IMG/VR virus record: IMGVR_UViG_3300025695_000014
Location: 1 to 54,511 of that record
DNA length: 54,511 nucleotides
Strand: one strand, 5' to 3'
Origin: a virus
Lineage: Duplodnaviria; Caudoviricetes
The number at the start of each line of letters is the position of its first letter. Position 1 is the first letter of the stretch. The notes beneath the pieces were generated by a model. It saw only the letters and a program-made list of their open reading frames with translations, was not told the DNA's origin and did not search any database. The translations under genes and the position numbers were made by a program. Positions 44,925 through 54,511 of this stretch are shown here, one piece after another.

Positions 44925-47782
44925 TATTGACCTACCCCGTACTGGTTGATGAAGTTTAAGTTGGCGGTTTCGACTAAATCTTCAAAGAGGGTCGGTTCCA
45001 TGCCCCCTTTTGCTTCCGTTAGAGATCCATATTCCGGACTTTTTTCATATCTGAGATATTCGTTGATTGACCCCAAGACAAAAGCGTTGTAAATTTCTGG
45101 ACCGTTTTCCATTGTAGCAATAGTTTGATCGAGCGCAGATACCCCTTTAGGTTTTGTTACTCCGCCACCTATCTGGTCAACAACTGAACCAACCGTAAAG
45201 TTAACACTGTAGTCTCCATACCCAGCCGTATTCAACAGCCGTTCAGTGGTAATGTAAGCCAACTGGCGTTTTGAATCGTTTGAACTCAACGCATCTGCAC
45301 GAAACTTGAAACGTTGTAACATCTGCTTTACGCCCTTGAGGGTATTTACTTGAGACTGCGGAGAAGCAGTAAAGTTTTGACGCAAGCCTCTCATGATCAT
45401 CGCGACGTCTTGGTCAGAAATTGTACGACCACCTGTACCACCCTGAATAGCAGCAGCAATCTCGTACGCTAGTACAACCGTGTAAAACTGTCTTTGAGCG
45501 TATTTAGCATCAGTGATTTCGGATATTGCAGCAATTTCCTGTTCCATAAGAGACAAGCCGTCTTCATTTTCTGTGAACAGGGGATTTCCATCCTCATCAG
45601 TTTTTTGGAGTAGTTGGAGACGTGCCTGTTGTGCGTACCCAAGCATCTGATCTTTAGACTGTGCTGTTCCCCAACTAAATCCAACAATATCTGCTGCTCG
45701 TCCAGCAAGGTACTGTGCGCCTTCTGCAAACAGAGAAATATTAGCAACTGCTGTTGAATCAAGAAGGATCTTATCTCCCCGTGAGTCAAGTACATACTGC
45801 CCATTAGAGTCAGTCATGTAGTAGGTATCTAGCACGGCATCAACAACATTAATGGCTCGTAGCGAACTATCAGCAACATCCATCTGTGCGCGAAGAAACT
45901 GTGCCTTTTGGGTCGTACTTCCACCAAAGTTGAAGTGTTCATCCATAGCGATATCAACCCCGCGAGAACTTGGCATCAAATTAAACACAAGATTGTTTGC
46001 GACAATAATATCACCGTCTGTCATTGTGTAAAAATCACGAGCAATCGGAATCATGTTCTGATTTTGTTTGTTCAGAGCAGACTTACGAGGATCTATCAAA
46101 TCAACAAACACGGCTAATTCATCTACGTTTGGATTTCCGCTGTATGCAGTATTTGCCCAATCGTTAAATTGAAAAAGAATTGGCTGATCGTTAGATGCGA
46201 TACGGTTGCCGTTGCTATCAACAAGAGGGCGTCCATCAATTCCCATTTCGTAAGTGATGAAGTTATCAAGAGCCATGTTAGCTAAAGTTTTACTTGATGC
46301 CTTTTTGTCACCGATCATCATTCCCGTTGGATTGCTCTTGGTAAGAATCGGAAGAAGACGAGTATTGATCAAAGGAGTGAAGGACTTAGGCCAACTGTGC
46401 TGAATAATTTGTATTGCCGTGTCACTTGATTCTGGATCCACAGGTTTATTGGGGTTAGGAACTGGAGTAGCAGATACGGTTACTTCAATATTTTCCGGAT
46501 CAGGGTTCTGGAGAATTTTGGATTCTTCTACTTCACCAAGTCTGTTTTCATCATAATCGTCAACAAGTTCTTTAAATCCGGGAATGTTTAAGAGTGTTGG
46601 GTAAGAACTCTTTACCGTGTCGATCATTAGATTAGCCATAAGATCCTTTTTTAGGTAAATTTCGTCCCCGGCAGCAATTATTGTTTCGTGTTCAGCTAAC
46701 ACGTCAGCAAACAGCCCACGTCTAAATCCAACCACCTCTGGTGCATCAGAATTGTCGGCGAGATGCTTCATGATATTCGGAGTGTTATTTAACTGGTTTG
46801 CAACATTCAAGATGCGGTTGCTGCGGTTGCTGATAGACTCCATTCCACCAAAGACTTGATCATTAAACTTGAATGAGTACAAATAGTCAGACTGTTTGAT
46901 GGCGTCAGTTGCGCTGGCAAGTTCTTGGTCGGAGATTTCTGTTCGTTCTGTCAGGGTTTCACCTTTCTTCTTAATAGAAAAGGAACCCGTGATGTTTCCG
47001 TGTTTGTTTGGGTTGTACTCCGACTGCGGGATTTCAAGAAATGTCCCCTCGTCGGTCCTCTGATCAGTTCTATAGTACGGAGTTGTGATTTCTTCCGGAA
47101 CAACGGGATCTTCCTTTGTTCCAAACAGTTGCACGTTTGTGGGTTGGGATACTCCGATTTGATTGTTATTTTCGTCGGTTTTTACGACAGTGCTAAAGTA
47201 TTGGATAGTTGACCACATGTCGCGAGGAACACCTAATTCAGTCAACTTATCAGTAACAGCCCCTTGACCTTCGAGATTATCGTAGGTTTTTCCGCTTACC
47301 GTAAATGAATACAACTGCTTTTCAGTGTCGGGGCCGGGTTCCGCCTTGTCTGTTTCGTACCAAAACTCTTTATCGTAGGTATTGTCTGTGTAACTTCCGT
47401 CAACATTGTACGTGCGATTTCCTGCTCGAACTGCGTTGTCTACGTTATCAGGGGATTCGTCAGCGGTAAAAAAGGTGTTGTTGCCGTAGAACAACGGAAC
47501 GGTGCTGGCCTTTTGGTCCTCTGTCCAATCAATCCACGAGTCGCTAGCAGACGGTTTGTATTTTATAATTTTGTTGGCATCAAACGCCGGAGACATAAAC
47601 CAACTCGGTGACGCAAGCATTGGAACACCCTGTTCATTTTCAATGATGTATTGTGGTGTATTTTCAAGGTCAAGTTTTGCCTGTTCTGCTTCAGCAACAG
47701 CCTTTTTTTCATCTGCAATTCTGTCCCCTCGCATTTTTGCGGAAACAGCATACAAAGCAAGTACGGGTAGTGATATAGCCAT
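44924..47782 (-). CDS. Internal virion (ejection) protein
   Basis: 952 aa, GGRTISDQDV motif. Confidence 0.7.
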   Translation of the reverse strand: MAISLPVLALYAVSAKMRGDRIADEKKAVAEAEQAKLDLENTPQYIIENEQGVPMLASPSWFMSPAFDANKIIKYKPSASDSWIDWTEDQKASTVPLFYGNNTFFTADESPDNVDNAVRAGNRTYNVDGSYTDNTYDKEFWYETDKAEPGPDTEKQLYSFTVSGKTYDNLEGQGAVTDKLTELGVPRDMWSTIQYFSTVVKTDENNNQIGVSQPTNVQLFGTKEDPVVPEEITTPYYRTDQRTDEGTFLEIPQSEYNPNKHGNITGSFSIKKKGETLTERTEISDQELASATDAIKQSDYLYSFKFNDQVFGGMESISNRSNRILNVANQLNNTPNIMKHLADNSDAPEVVGFRRGLFADVLAEHETIIAAGDEIYLKKDLMANLMIDTVKSSYPTLLNIPGFKELVDDYDENRLGEVEESKILQNPDPENIEVTVSATPVPNPNKPVDPESSDTAIQIIQHSWPKSFTPLINTRLLPILTKSNPTGMMIGDKKASSKTLANMALDNFITYEMGIDGRPLVDSNGNRIASNDQPILFQFNDWANTAYSGNPNVDELAVFVDLIDPRKSALNKQNQNMIPIARDFYTMTDGDIIVANNLVFNLMPSSRGVDIAMDEHFNFGGSTTQKAQFLRAQMDVADSSLRAINVVDAVLDTYYMTDSNGQYVLDSRGDKILLDSTAVANISLFAEGAQYLAGRAADIVGFSWGTAQSKDQMLGYAQQARLQLLQKTDEDGNPLFTENEDGLSLMEQEIAAISEITDAKYAQRQFYTVVLAYEIAAAIQGGTGGRTISDQDVAMIMRGLRQNFTASPQSQVNTLKGVKQMLQRFKFRADALSSNDSKRQLAYITTERLLNTAGYGDYSVNFTVGSVVDQIGGGVTKPKGVSALDQTIATMENGPEIYNAFVLGSINEYLRYEKSPEYGSLTEAKGGMEPTLFEDLVETANLNFINQYGVGQ

Positions 47783-47788
47783 CGTCTA

Positions 47789-48325
47789 TTATTCCTCTGG
47801 GTTCAAGAACGAAGGTTCGGGAGCAGGGGCGGGAGCAGGGGCAGGACGTGTCAGGTTATCAACCCGCATCCGCTTTTCCTCGTTGATCATTTCAACCATG
47901 TCTCCGTACAGTTTCGGGTTGCGTTGCTTCAGGGTGCGGAAGAACGCAGCGTCGTTGAAACTCTTCTCTTCAAGTTCAGGATCTGTTACGAACAGTTTGG
48001 CTTCGATGCCATTCTCCTCTGCCAAGCCAACAAGGTAGATCGACAGAGCAGGTTTGATCAGTTCGGCAACGTCAGGGGTAAACATCCCTGCCATAAATCC
48101 TTTGAATGCGATCTGGGATACAATCTCTTCGACGGTAATTCCTGCCAACATCATCTTGGCAAAGCTCTCGTCTTCACCCATCGATTCAGTTCGTTCGATG
48201 ATAAAATCAACGGCTTCATTCGGATCAACAATCTGTGGGGGACGCTCCCACGGCCACTTTTTCGGCGCACCAGTAAGAGAGTGTCCGGGGGGAGCTGCAA
48301 GAGGGGTAATTTTATCAAGTGCCAT
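47789..48325 (-). CDS. Virion-associated protein
   Basis: PPGHSLT..PKKWPWERPP...FTPDVAELI. Confidence 0.7.
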   Translation of the reverse strand: MALDKITPLAAPPGHSLTGAPKKWPWERPPQIVDPNEAVDFIIERTESMGEDESFAKMMLAGITVEEIVSQIAFKGFMAGMFTPDVAELIKPALSIYLVGLAEENGIEAKLFVTDPELEEKSFNDAAFFRTLKQRNPKLYGDMVEMINEEKRMRVDNLTRPAPAPAPAPEPSFLNPEE

Positions 48326-48330
48326 GTTCT

Positions 48331-48807
48331 TTAAACCTTTGATTTCGGTAGTTCTGCTGACGCAAGTCTAATTGTCTGGCCTGATCCCGTGATTGTAGCG
48401 CGAGGGATGGGAATTGTTTGGACACGGGAAATCATTGCACGTGCGTTGCCGGAGTTTTGCAACATGTTGGGAACACGGTTACCGTATCCAAGAGGTATCT
48501 GGGAGGCTTGTCCCGCTGACGCCAAATTACCGGGAGATACTGACGTTGGTGAAACTCTGGCAACATCCGGCATGTCACCCATACCAAACTTGTCGTACCC
48601 AATTACATTTCCTGCAAGATCCGTAACCGCTCCCATCAAGTTTTCCGGACTAGCTAGTTTTGCACCGAACTCAGATGCCCCCGAAAGAAAACTTCCGGTC
48701 CACGTATTAGTTCCAAAGTATTCTGCACCCGCCGAACCTGCGTACTCCAAACCCTTACCAAGAAGAAGGGGGGCTGCTGCGCCAAGTGCAAGTTTAAGAA
48801 AACTCAT
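48331..48807 (-). CDS. Small internal virion protein
   Basis: Gly/Ala-rich amphipathic N-terminus. Confidence 0.6.
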   Translation of the reverse strand: MSFLKLALGAAAPLLLGKGLEYAGSAGAEYFGTNTWTGSFLSGASEFGAKLASPENLMGAVTDLAGNVIGYDKFGMGDMPDVARVSPTSVSPGNLASAGQASQIPLGYGNRVPNMLQNSGNARAMISRVQTIPIPRATITGSGQTIRLASAELPKSKV

Positions 48808-50162
48808 TATAACGCTCCAAATATATTGTCGATTGATCGAACAATCAACATGTCTTCAAACTGATCACTGTACGCCGCGCTGTTTGCAGCAATTGCTTGG
48901 GCTTGCATGGCAGCGTTGTGTGCGCGCGCCTCACGATTTTCAGAAATTTGCATCGTCCACGCAGCTTGATCCCGATAGGTTTGCCACAGGTTAGCAAGCG
49001 ACTGTTGGCTGAGGGAAAGCAGGTTCATCACGTTTTGCTGGTTGGCTGCATTTTGAGTTGCAGTGTTAGCTGTGTTGATGTCTCTGCGCCACTGTGCGTT
49101 GCTTTGTGCAATCTGTGCAGACATGTTCGCGTTGAACTGCTCACGGGCCGCTGTCATCTGGGTGTTGAACTGTGACGTTGCGTTGGTTTGCGACACGTTG
49201 TATTGTTCGATTGCCGCGACCCTGTTTAAAGTAGCGGATTCAACTTGTGAGCCAAGTTGCTCAAAGAACATGTCAAGTTCCATCTGGGACTTGGCGTTGA
49301 ACTGAGCAGCAGCATTGACTGCGGCTTGGTCGGTTAACATTGCCTGTAGCTGACCTTGATAACTCACCGTAGCAGACTGTTGCTCGTTGGTTAAGTTTTG
49401 GAGATCGATGGAAAGAAACGCTTTGGCGTTGTTTACGTTGGCTTGCTGTTGGGCGTTTAAGTTAGCCATATCCATCTGAGCAGATGCGGCTGCGTTTTGC
49501 AACACGGCCTGTTGCTTGTTGGATAAGTTTTGCAACTGGATGGTTGCATACGTCTTGGCGTCAGCTGCAGCAATCGGAATACCTGATTCCATTACCGCCG
49601 TTACCATCGCAGCAGCAGCCATACTTGACGCACCCAAACCTCGTTGTTGCATTACAGCAGCAGCTTGTCGCGCAGCGGGGGAAGCCCAAGCGGGTAGGGG
49701 TTGACCCTCTTTGATGGTTGACAGGAGTTCAGCCATTTGATATTTGACTGTGCCTTTTGGATCAAGTTCTTCCGTTGCAGCAACAGCCATGCTCTCAGGG
49801 GAGAGTTGGCCCTGTGCTGCTTCCATTAGGGAGCCTTCGGATAACTGACCCGTTGCGGCTAAAGCTGGAGCAACCTCTCCGACGGTAGCCGCTTCGACTG
49901 CAACAGGAGTTGCTGGCGTCGGTGCAGCCTGTACAAACTGAGTTGTGTCGATGGCAGGAGCTGCCTCTACAGGTGCAACCTCTCCCATCACACCTACATC
50001 GGGACCCAACTCTTCTCCGGGTCTGAGTTCCAGAGCCGTTGGTGTGATTTGTTGCTCGGTTGGCAACGCTGTCATGTCGGCTTGTTCGGCTTGCCGTTGA
50101 ATAACTGCTTGCTGTAGTTCTTCGCCTGTTTTACCTGCGAGGGTGCTGTCTTGTTCTGCCAT
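48807..50162 (-). CDS. Internal virion / DNA-ejection (pilot-like) protein
   Basis: Gln/Ala/Asn-rich, RGLGASSMAA, QFNA repeats. Confidence 0.7.
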   Translation of the reverse strand: MAEQDSTLAGKTGEELQQAVIQRQAEQADMTALPTEQQITPTALELRPGEELGPDVGVMGEVAPVEAAPAIDTTQFVQAAPTPATPVAVEAATVGEVAPALAATGQLSEGSLMEAAQGQLSPESMAVAATEELDPKGTVKYQMAELLSTIKEGQPLPAWASPAARQAAAVMQQRGLGASSMAAAAMVTAVMESGIPIAAADAKTYATIQLQNLSNKQQAVLQNAAASAQMDMANLNAQQQANVNNAKAFLSIDLQNLTNEQQSATVSYQGQLQAMLTDQAAVNAAAQFNAKSQMELDMFFEQLGSQVESATLNRVAAIEQYNVSQTNATSQFNTQMTAAREQFNANMSAQIAQSNAQWRRDINTANTATQNAANQQNVMNLLSLSQQSLANLWQTYRDQAAWTMQISENREARAHNAAMQAQAIAANSAAYSDQFEDMLIVRSIDNIFGAL

Positions 50163-50167
50163 GCTTC

Positions 50168-50395
50168 TTACCTATTCCCCTGCAATACTTTATCCAACTT
50201 ATCTTCCAACCTGTGAATTGCTTCCATCAGTCTATCCATGTCGTCACGTAACTCTGTCTTCGTTGCGTAGTCTTCACGTGTTCTGTTCACAAGGATGGTC
50301 AGACGCTTGAGTTCGTTGCTCATGCCTACCAAAAACCACGCACCACCAGCTACGATGACACCAAGAAGCATATCAATTAGGTTGGTCATTTCCAC
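50168..50395 (-). CDS. Single-TM coiled-coil protein
   Basis: Hydrophobic helix followed by TREDYATK...RLEDKLD. Confidence 0.7.
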   Translation of the reverse strand: MEMTNLIDMLLGVIVAGGAWFLVGMSNELKRLTILVNRTREDYATKTELRDDMDRLMEAIHRLEDKLDKVLQGNR

Positions 50396-50396
50396 T

Positions 50397-50582
50397 TTAC
50401 TCTGCCTCTGCTACAGTTAGTTCGCCAGCTTCTACCTGACGCATGATTTCTGCGTAGTGGCGGTTGGCTGGGTCTAGGGGTACGAACATCTCAATGCCGT
50501 CAATGGTGGCTTTGATGCCAGATGCGTTGTCTGACATTGAATCATTGACATATTGAGCATATGTAATGTTTGTTTCGCTCAT
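50397..50582 (-). CDS. Small tail-associated protein
   Basis: VPLDPANRHYAEIM. Confidence 0.7.
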   Translation of the reverse strand: MSETNITYAQYVNDSMSDNASGIKATIDGIEMFVPLDPANRHYAEIMRQVEAGELTVAEAE

Positions 50583-50584
50583 GA

Positions 50585-51568
50585 TTATAACTCCGCATCA
50601 AATTTTATAGTGGCACTTGCGTCATTATCGTTAATTAAAATAACACCTTGCCCCGTTGTTCCGCTACTAACAACATCTTCTATTCGGCAGTTAGTTGGAG
50701 TTAGAGCAATATTATCAACAGAACTGAAGATTGGGTTGGCTGAAGCACCATCGTACACAAAGCTACCAGACCTAGTAAAAGAAGGTGTTGCGCGCATCTC
50801 CATAGGAAATGTGTAGAGAACTTTTGCTTTAGTAGAACTTTCACAAAACCCTACAAAACCGTAATGAGCATACGCAACATTAGGAGCAATCACATTGCAG
50901 TATCTACGACACCTAGCCAACTCATCGCCATAGCTACGGTGTTCAAACGGCGTGGCCTGTTCGCCGACTTCTAGTTGGACGCCTGTGATTTGATATACAG
51001 TGCCATTGCTAGTTCCTTGTGGAATAGAAAAGTTAAGTCTTACATAAGTGGTGCTTCCCGTTGTTCCACTAGTCACCTCTGGAAGTGTTACTGTTTGAGT
51101 AAATTTAGTCCAAGTAGTTGTGAGTGAGTGGCTTGCAGTTGTCGTATTGCCACCAGACCCACCGTTATTATTAAGAAGATTGGTGTCAATCGTAGCTGTT
51201 CCGCTAGTAACTTTTGCCCAAAAAGACAGAGTAACGGTTTCGCCATTTGCAGTTAAACAATCCTCAATTCTATTTTGTAGATTTGGTTCATTTGGTGATG
51301 AAGGCATAGTGTTTACTGTATATTGAAGATAATTTATAAATCTTTCAGGATATCCTTGTGCTGGTGTGAAAGTGCCTTGCTCTACATCAACATCGCCACC
51401 AGAGCCAGAAAAACTGCCAACCAACCATCTATCTAAAGTGTAAGAAGTAGCATTAGTAAAACTCGTCCCACGCTGTGCCACCTGCATCGCACCATTGATG
51501 ATGAGGTTCCTGTTTGACAGGGAACTTTGCGAACCAATCAGTGCCGCTAACTCTGCTGCTTTACTCAT
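50585..51568 (-). CDS. Tail fibre / receptor-binding protein (carbohydrate-binding-like domain)
   Basis: NRNLIINGAMQVAQRGTSF...TLSFWAK...GVQLEVG..ATPFEHRSYGDELARC. Confidence 0.75.
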   Translation of the reverse strand: MSKAAELAALIGSQSSLSNRNLIINGAMQVAQRGTSFTNATSYTLDRWLVGSFSGSGGDVDVEQGTFTPAQGYPERFINYLQYTVNTMPSSPNEPNLQNRIEDCLTANGETVTLSFWAKVTSGTATIDTNLLNNNGGSGGNTTTASHSLTTTWTKFTQTVTLPEVTSGTTGSTTYVRLNFSIPQGTSNGTVYQITGVQLEVGEQATPFEHRSYGDELARCRRYCNVIAPNVAYAHYGFVGFCESSTKAKVLYTFPMEMRATPSFTRSGSFVYDGASANPIFSSVDNIALTPTNCRIEDVVSSGTTGQGVILINDNDASATIKFDAEL

Positions 51569-51930
51569 GCGAGGTCTCCGTGTACTGTTCCACCAAACTC
51601 AGTGTCTGTGTAGCCGCCATCGTAGTTATTGAACAAATGATTTGTGGTTGTTATAGAGCCAATCAAAATATTGGAATCGTTGTTTGAATGATTAGTGCCA
51701 TTTACAACATAATTTGCGTTACCCATTGCATTGGTATAATTAACTGTCGTTCTTCCTGTTGCCGTGTCTGTGTAACTCGCAACATTAAATGAGTCACGTT
51801 CTGTTGGCACACCACTGCTATAATAAACACGAAACCAAGCCTTCGCACTACCGTTAGCAACATATTCCATAGCCACGCTGTTAGCACCAGCAGCATCCTT
51901 CAGGGTGTTTACTCTTAGTTCGCTTGCCAT
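51565..51930 (-). CDS. Small tail-fibre/tip protein, AKAW...GDLA family
   Basis: GSAKAWF...HGDLA*. Confidence 0.75.
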   Translation of the reverse strand: MASELRVNTLKDAAGANSVAMEYVANGSAKAWFRVYYSSGVPTERDSFNVASYTDTATGRTTVNYTNAMGNANYVVNGTNHSNNDSNILIGSITTTNHLFNNYDGGYTDTEFGGTVHGDLA

Positions 51931-52328
51931 TATGCTAAGTCTCCGTGCATTGTAGTCAGTAAAAAGAAGCTGTCAGCATACGCCCCATCATTATTAACCT
52001 GTTCTGTTGAATAGCTGGTTGTTGCCATTGCACTTATTCTTAAACCATTTAACGCGGCTGATTCAGGATTGCTAGTAGAAACATGAACTGAATAATCATT
52101 ATTGTTTGCGCTATTACTAAAATTTACAGTTCCTCTTCCTACACCACCATCAGTTACAGATGCTGTATTTAAACTGTCCTGAACAGTATGGCTTTCATTG
52201 TAATTACACCAAACTTTACACAGCCCCTGCTGAAGTGATTGTGTTGCACTACCACCCTCGCTAGTAACTGCGATATCACCTGCGCTGGTTACACCCTGAA
52301 GGGCATCTACTTTAAGTATGCTTGCCAT
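51930..52328 (-). CDS. Small tail-fibre/tip protein, AKAW...GDLA family
   Basis: GLCKVW...HGDLA*. Confidence 0.75.
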   Translation of the reverse strand: MASILKVDALQGVTSAGDIAVTSEGGSATQSLQQGLCKVWCNYNESHTVQDSLNTASVTDGGVGRGTVNFSNSANNNDYSVHVSTSNPESAALNGLRISAMATTSYSTEQVNNDGAYADSFFLLTTMHGDLA

Positions 52329-52726
52329 TATGCTAGGTCTCCGTGTTCCGCAACATAAACTTTGTCTGTGTCATCTGCGGCATTGGCAACAGTGGTATTA
52401 AACCTTTGGCTTGATGTGGTTGGGGCTACTGTCAAACCATCAGAGCCATTTCTGTTTGGATTAAGAAAATAAGGATTTGTGCTAGAACCGGGGGAGGCTG
52501 TTCCAGACGTAGCGTAGTGTGCGTTAGAGAAAGCATTAGAAAAAGATATTGAAAAATCTCCGTTTCCATTATCTGTGTTGCTTGCAATATTAAAACTGTC
52601 AGAAACGCTGTTGCTAGTTTCCGTTACCATACTTATCCAAGCCTTTGCCGCACTTTGTTTAGTCAACTCAACAGGTGACGTACCGTCCTTTGCTGCAATG
52701 CTATCTACATTCAATACGCTGGTCAT
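52328..52726 (-). CDS. Small tail-fibre/tip protein, AKAW...GDLA family
   Basis: QSAAKAW...HGDLA*. Confidence 0.75.
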   Translation of the reverse strand: MTSVLNVDSIAAKDGTSPVELTKQSAAKAWISMVTETSNSVSDSFNIASNTDNGNGDFSISFSNAFSNAHYATSGTASPGSSTNPYFLNPNRNGSDGLTVAPTTSSQRFNTTVANAADDTDKVYVAEHGDLA

Positions 52727-53184
52727 ACGATACTCCAATATCCATTAACAGTGACAGTGGCATTGTCCTGTGTGATAGGCCCAGCCGATACACCATTCTC
52801 ATCACTGTCAATCGTGATGTCAGCATCTATGCTCTGTCCATTCAAACGAATAATACTGTTGTTACCCTTGAATGGGTAGCGATTGTCACTTTCAGTCTTT
52901 GTGTATGAGTTCGCAACATTGAACACATCGTATGCCACCATCTCAACGATGTCATTCAGGGATGCTGCAGTTGTCAGGACAACACTTGTTCCTGTCGTGG
53001 CAGTGTAATCTGTTGTTGGCTTGAGCAGGACACCGTTTTGGTACACGTCCAAGTACAAGCTGTCAGCATAGGTAAGTACCTTGCTGTCTGCGTCACTGCC
53101 GCTGAAAGATGTCTGACCACTTGTTGCCTGATAGACAAAACGGTTGCGAACACCTGTTGAGGGGGATTTACCGATGTAGGACAT
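52723..53184 (-). CDS. Tail-fibre adaptor-like protein
   Basis: MSYIGKSP...DVYQNGVLL...DYTATTGTSVVL...SAGPIT. Confidence 0.7.
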   Translation of the reverse strand: MSYIGKSPSTGVRNRFVYQATSGQTSFSGSDADSKVLTYADSLYLDVYQNGVLLKPTTDYTATTGTSVVLTTAASLNDIVEMVAYDVFNVANSYTKTESDNRYPFKGNNSIIRLNGQSIDADITIDSDENGVSAGPITQDNATVTVNGYWSIV

Positions 53185-54303
53185 TTATGCGTTCTCCAAT
53201 ACGGCTATACGAGCCTCAAGTTCCTGTATGGTTTTCACTAGCAACGGCACTAGCTTAGACTGGTCAATGCCCTGATAGTCTGGCACTGAACGTGTACCCA
53301 TAACGGCTGGTGTAATCTCGTTGCCATCCTCATCAAAAACGGCTGGCGTGACTTCGTATTCCTCATCACGCATTGCGTCTTTAGTGCCAGTGATTGCCTC
53401 AGGCACAACGTCCTGAACCTCGTGTGCTAGGAAGCCATCGACTGTGGTGTCAGGGTCAGCGATAAAGTTAAAGCGAACAGGGTTGAGTTGCTTGAGGCGT
53501 GTGGTTGCATCCCAGTCTGCTACCACGTTTTCTTTTAGGCGGTAGTCTGATGAGGTGGAATAAGTTGTTGATGAGCCACTTGTTGTAATAGAGCCAACCC
53601 TTGTGCCGTTAATTTTGAAATCATAAGCTGTTGTTGCGCCTGTTGAATTTGAGTTTTTTTCTATATAACCGCCAGAAGAATCTTTTATATATGCTAAAGA
53701 TGGTGCGGCTGTGCTTGTTGTTCCAAAAAGTACAGTGCCTGTGCCACTATCAACCCTAAACCGTGCGCCTGTCCCTGCGTTATCGGTTACTTGAAATGAA
53801 GGGTATCCGTTTGCGGCAGAGGCTGGCTCTTTTATATGCACTCCGTAAGGTGTTGCAGATGTAGTGTTTTGGAATGTAGCAACAAAGTTTCCACCACCAG
53901 CTTTTGTTACATCCAAAGGTGTTGCAGGGCTGGCAATTCCAATGCCCACATTGCCTGTATCGCCTTGAATACGCATAGCCTCTGAAATAGTTCCAGCCTT
54001 TGATGGCTTAAACACCAAATCAGTGTCGCCAGCAACATCAATGCGTAGTGCGGTAATTTCTGCCGCACCGTAAGCAGATGATGCAGTGTCAGAATTGGTG
54101 AAGCGAATTGTTGAACCTGTATTCGCTGTTGATGCGTTAGAGCGTATCTGCAAAAGGTTTGTTGTAGAACCAGAAGACCCGCCAACAATTTCAGCGTTTG
54201 TCGCTGGCGAATCCGTACCAATGCCCACGTTGCCTGAACCATCAACTACGATGTCATCAAGATTGTTGTCGCCAGTATCGGCTATGTCTCTTGCTCGTGA
54301 CAT
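53185..54303 (-). CDS. Tail fibre, allele B, with C-terminal intramolecular chaperone (peptidase S74)
   Basis: GNVGIG repeats; SDYRLKEN...GFLAHEVQ..VPEA...LVPLLVKTIQEL. Confidence 0.88.
   Translation of the reverse strand: MSRARDIADTGDNNLDDIVVDGSGNVGIGTDSPATNAEIVGGSSGSTTNLLQIRSNASTANTGSTIRFTNSDTASSAYGAAEITALRIDVAGDTDLVFKPSKAGTISEAMRIQGDTGNVGIGIASPATPLDVTKAGGGNFVATFQNTTSATPYGVHIKEPASAANGYPSFQVTDNAGTGARFRVDSGTGTVLFGTTSTAAPSLAYIKDSSGGYIEKNSNSTGATTAYDFKINGTRVGSITTSGSSTTYSTSSDYRLKENVVADWDATTRLKQLNPVRFNFIADPDTTVDGFLAHEVQDVVPEAITGTKDAMRDEEYEVTPAVFDEDGNEITPAVMGTRSVPDYQGIDQSKLVPLLVKTIQELEARIAVLENA
53636..53739. repeat. 104-bp exact direct repeat, copy 2
   Basis: Identical to 1-104. Confidence 0.95.
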
Positions 54304-54315
54304 AAATCACTCCTA

Positions 54316-54511
54316 TTAGTAAGGGCTATCACCCAACAAAGCTACATCCCAAGCGGCCTTTAGCTCAGTCATGTTGCTTGCGGCATCAATCGCAGGGGCG
54401 GCTGGCGCATCACGCAGATTGTTTTTAACTGCAACGCTATACGCCTTTGCCAATTCGTCATCTGCTTCTATTGCTTTCATATAAGCAACATCTTCTGCCT
54501 CAAGCAATGGC
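54316..54511 (-). CDS. Allele/paralog of 419..784 (5' part outside the window)
   Basis: PLLEAEDV...LRDAPAA.AID.AS....LKAAWD..LLGDSPY. Confidence 0.8.
   Translation of the reverse strand, partial: PLLEAEDVAYMKAIEADDELAKAYSVAVKNNLRDAPAAPAIDAASNMTELKAAWDVALLGDSPY

Noticed and set aside
50397-53184. Invertible shufflon
   Set aside because: All cassettes and boxes are in the same orientation and each is a complete gene

Overview
Essentially complete (~53.6 kb, circularly permuted) genome of a marine podovirus with no RNA polymerase. It best fits the HMO-2011-type group, because its PolA carries the diagnostic DnaJ-type CxxCxGxG insert. Layout: tail, lysis, capsid and packaging genes on the - strand (1-22129, continuing from 40021-54511); a non-coding, probable terminus region (22130-22900); small early genes on the - strand (22926-28117); and a replication/nucleotide module on the + strand (28231-40024: primase, helicase, split PolA, SSB, nucleases, class II RNR, tRNAs and structured RNAs). 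Bases 1-104 equal 53636-53739, and the two contig ends carry two different alleles of the same tail-fibre cassette. Most interesting: (1) a tyrosine-recombinase-fold protein with a virion-protein-like tail between terminase and portal; (2) paralogous tail-tip genes whose variable domains are bracketed by conserved nucleotide boxes; (3) an orphan sRNA with a near-consensus promoter and terminator; (4) a ~17 kb block apparently free of GATC; (5) strand-biased GCTGACA repeats in the early region; (6) several covarying RNA structures. All family assignments are by eye from motifs; no searches were run.
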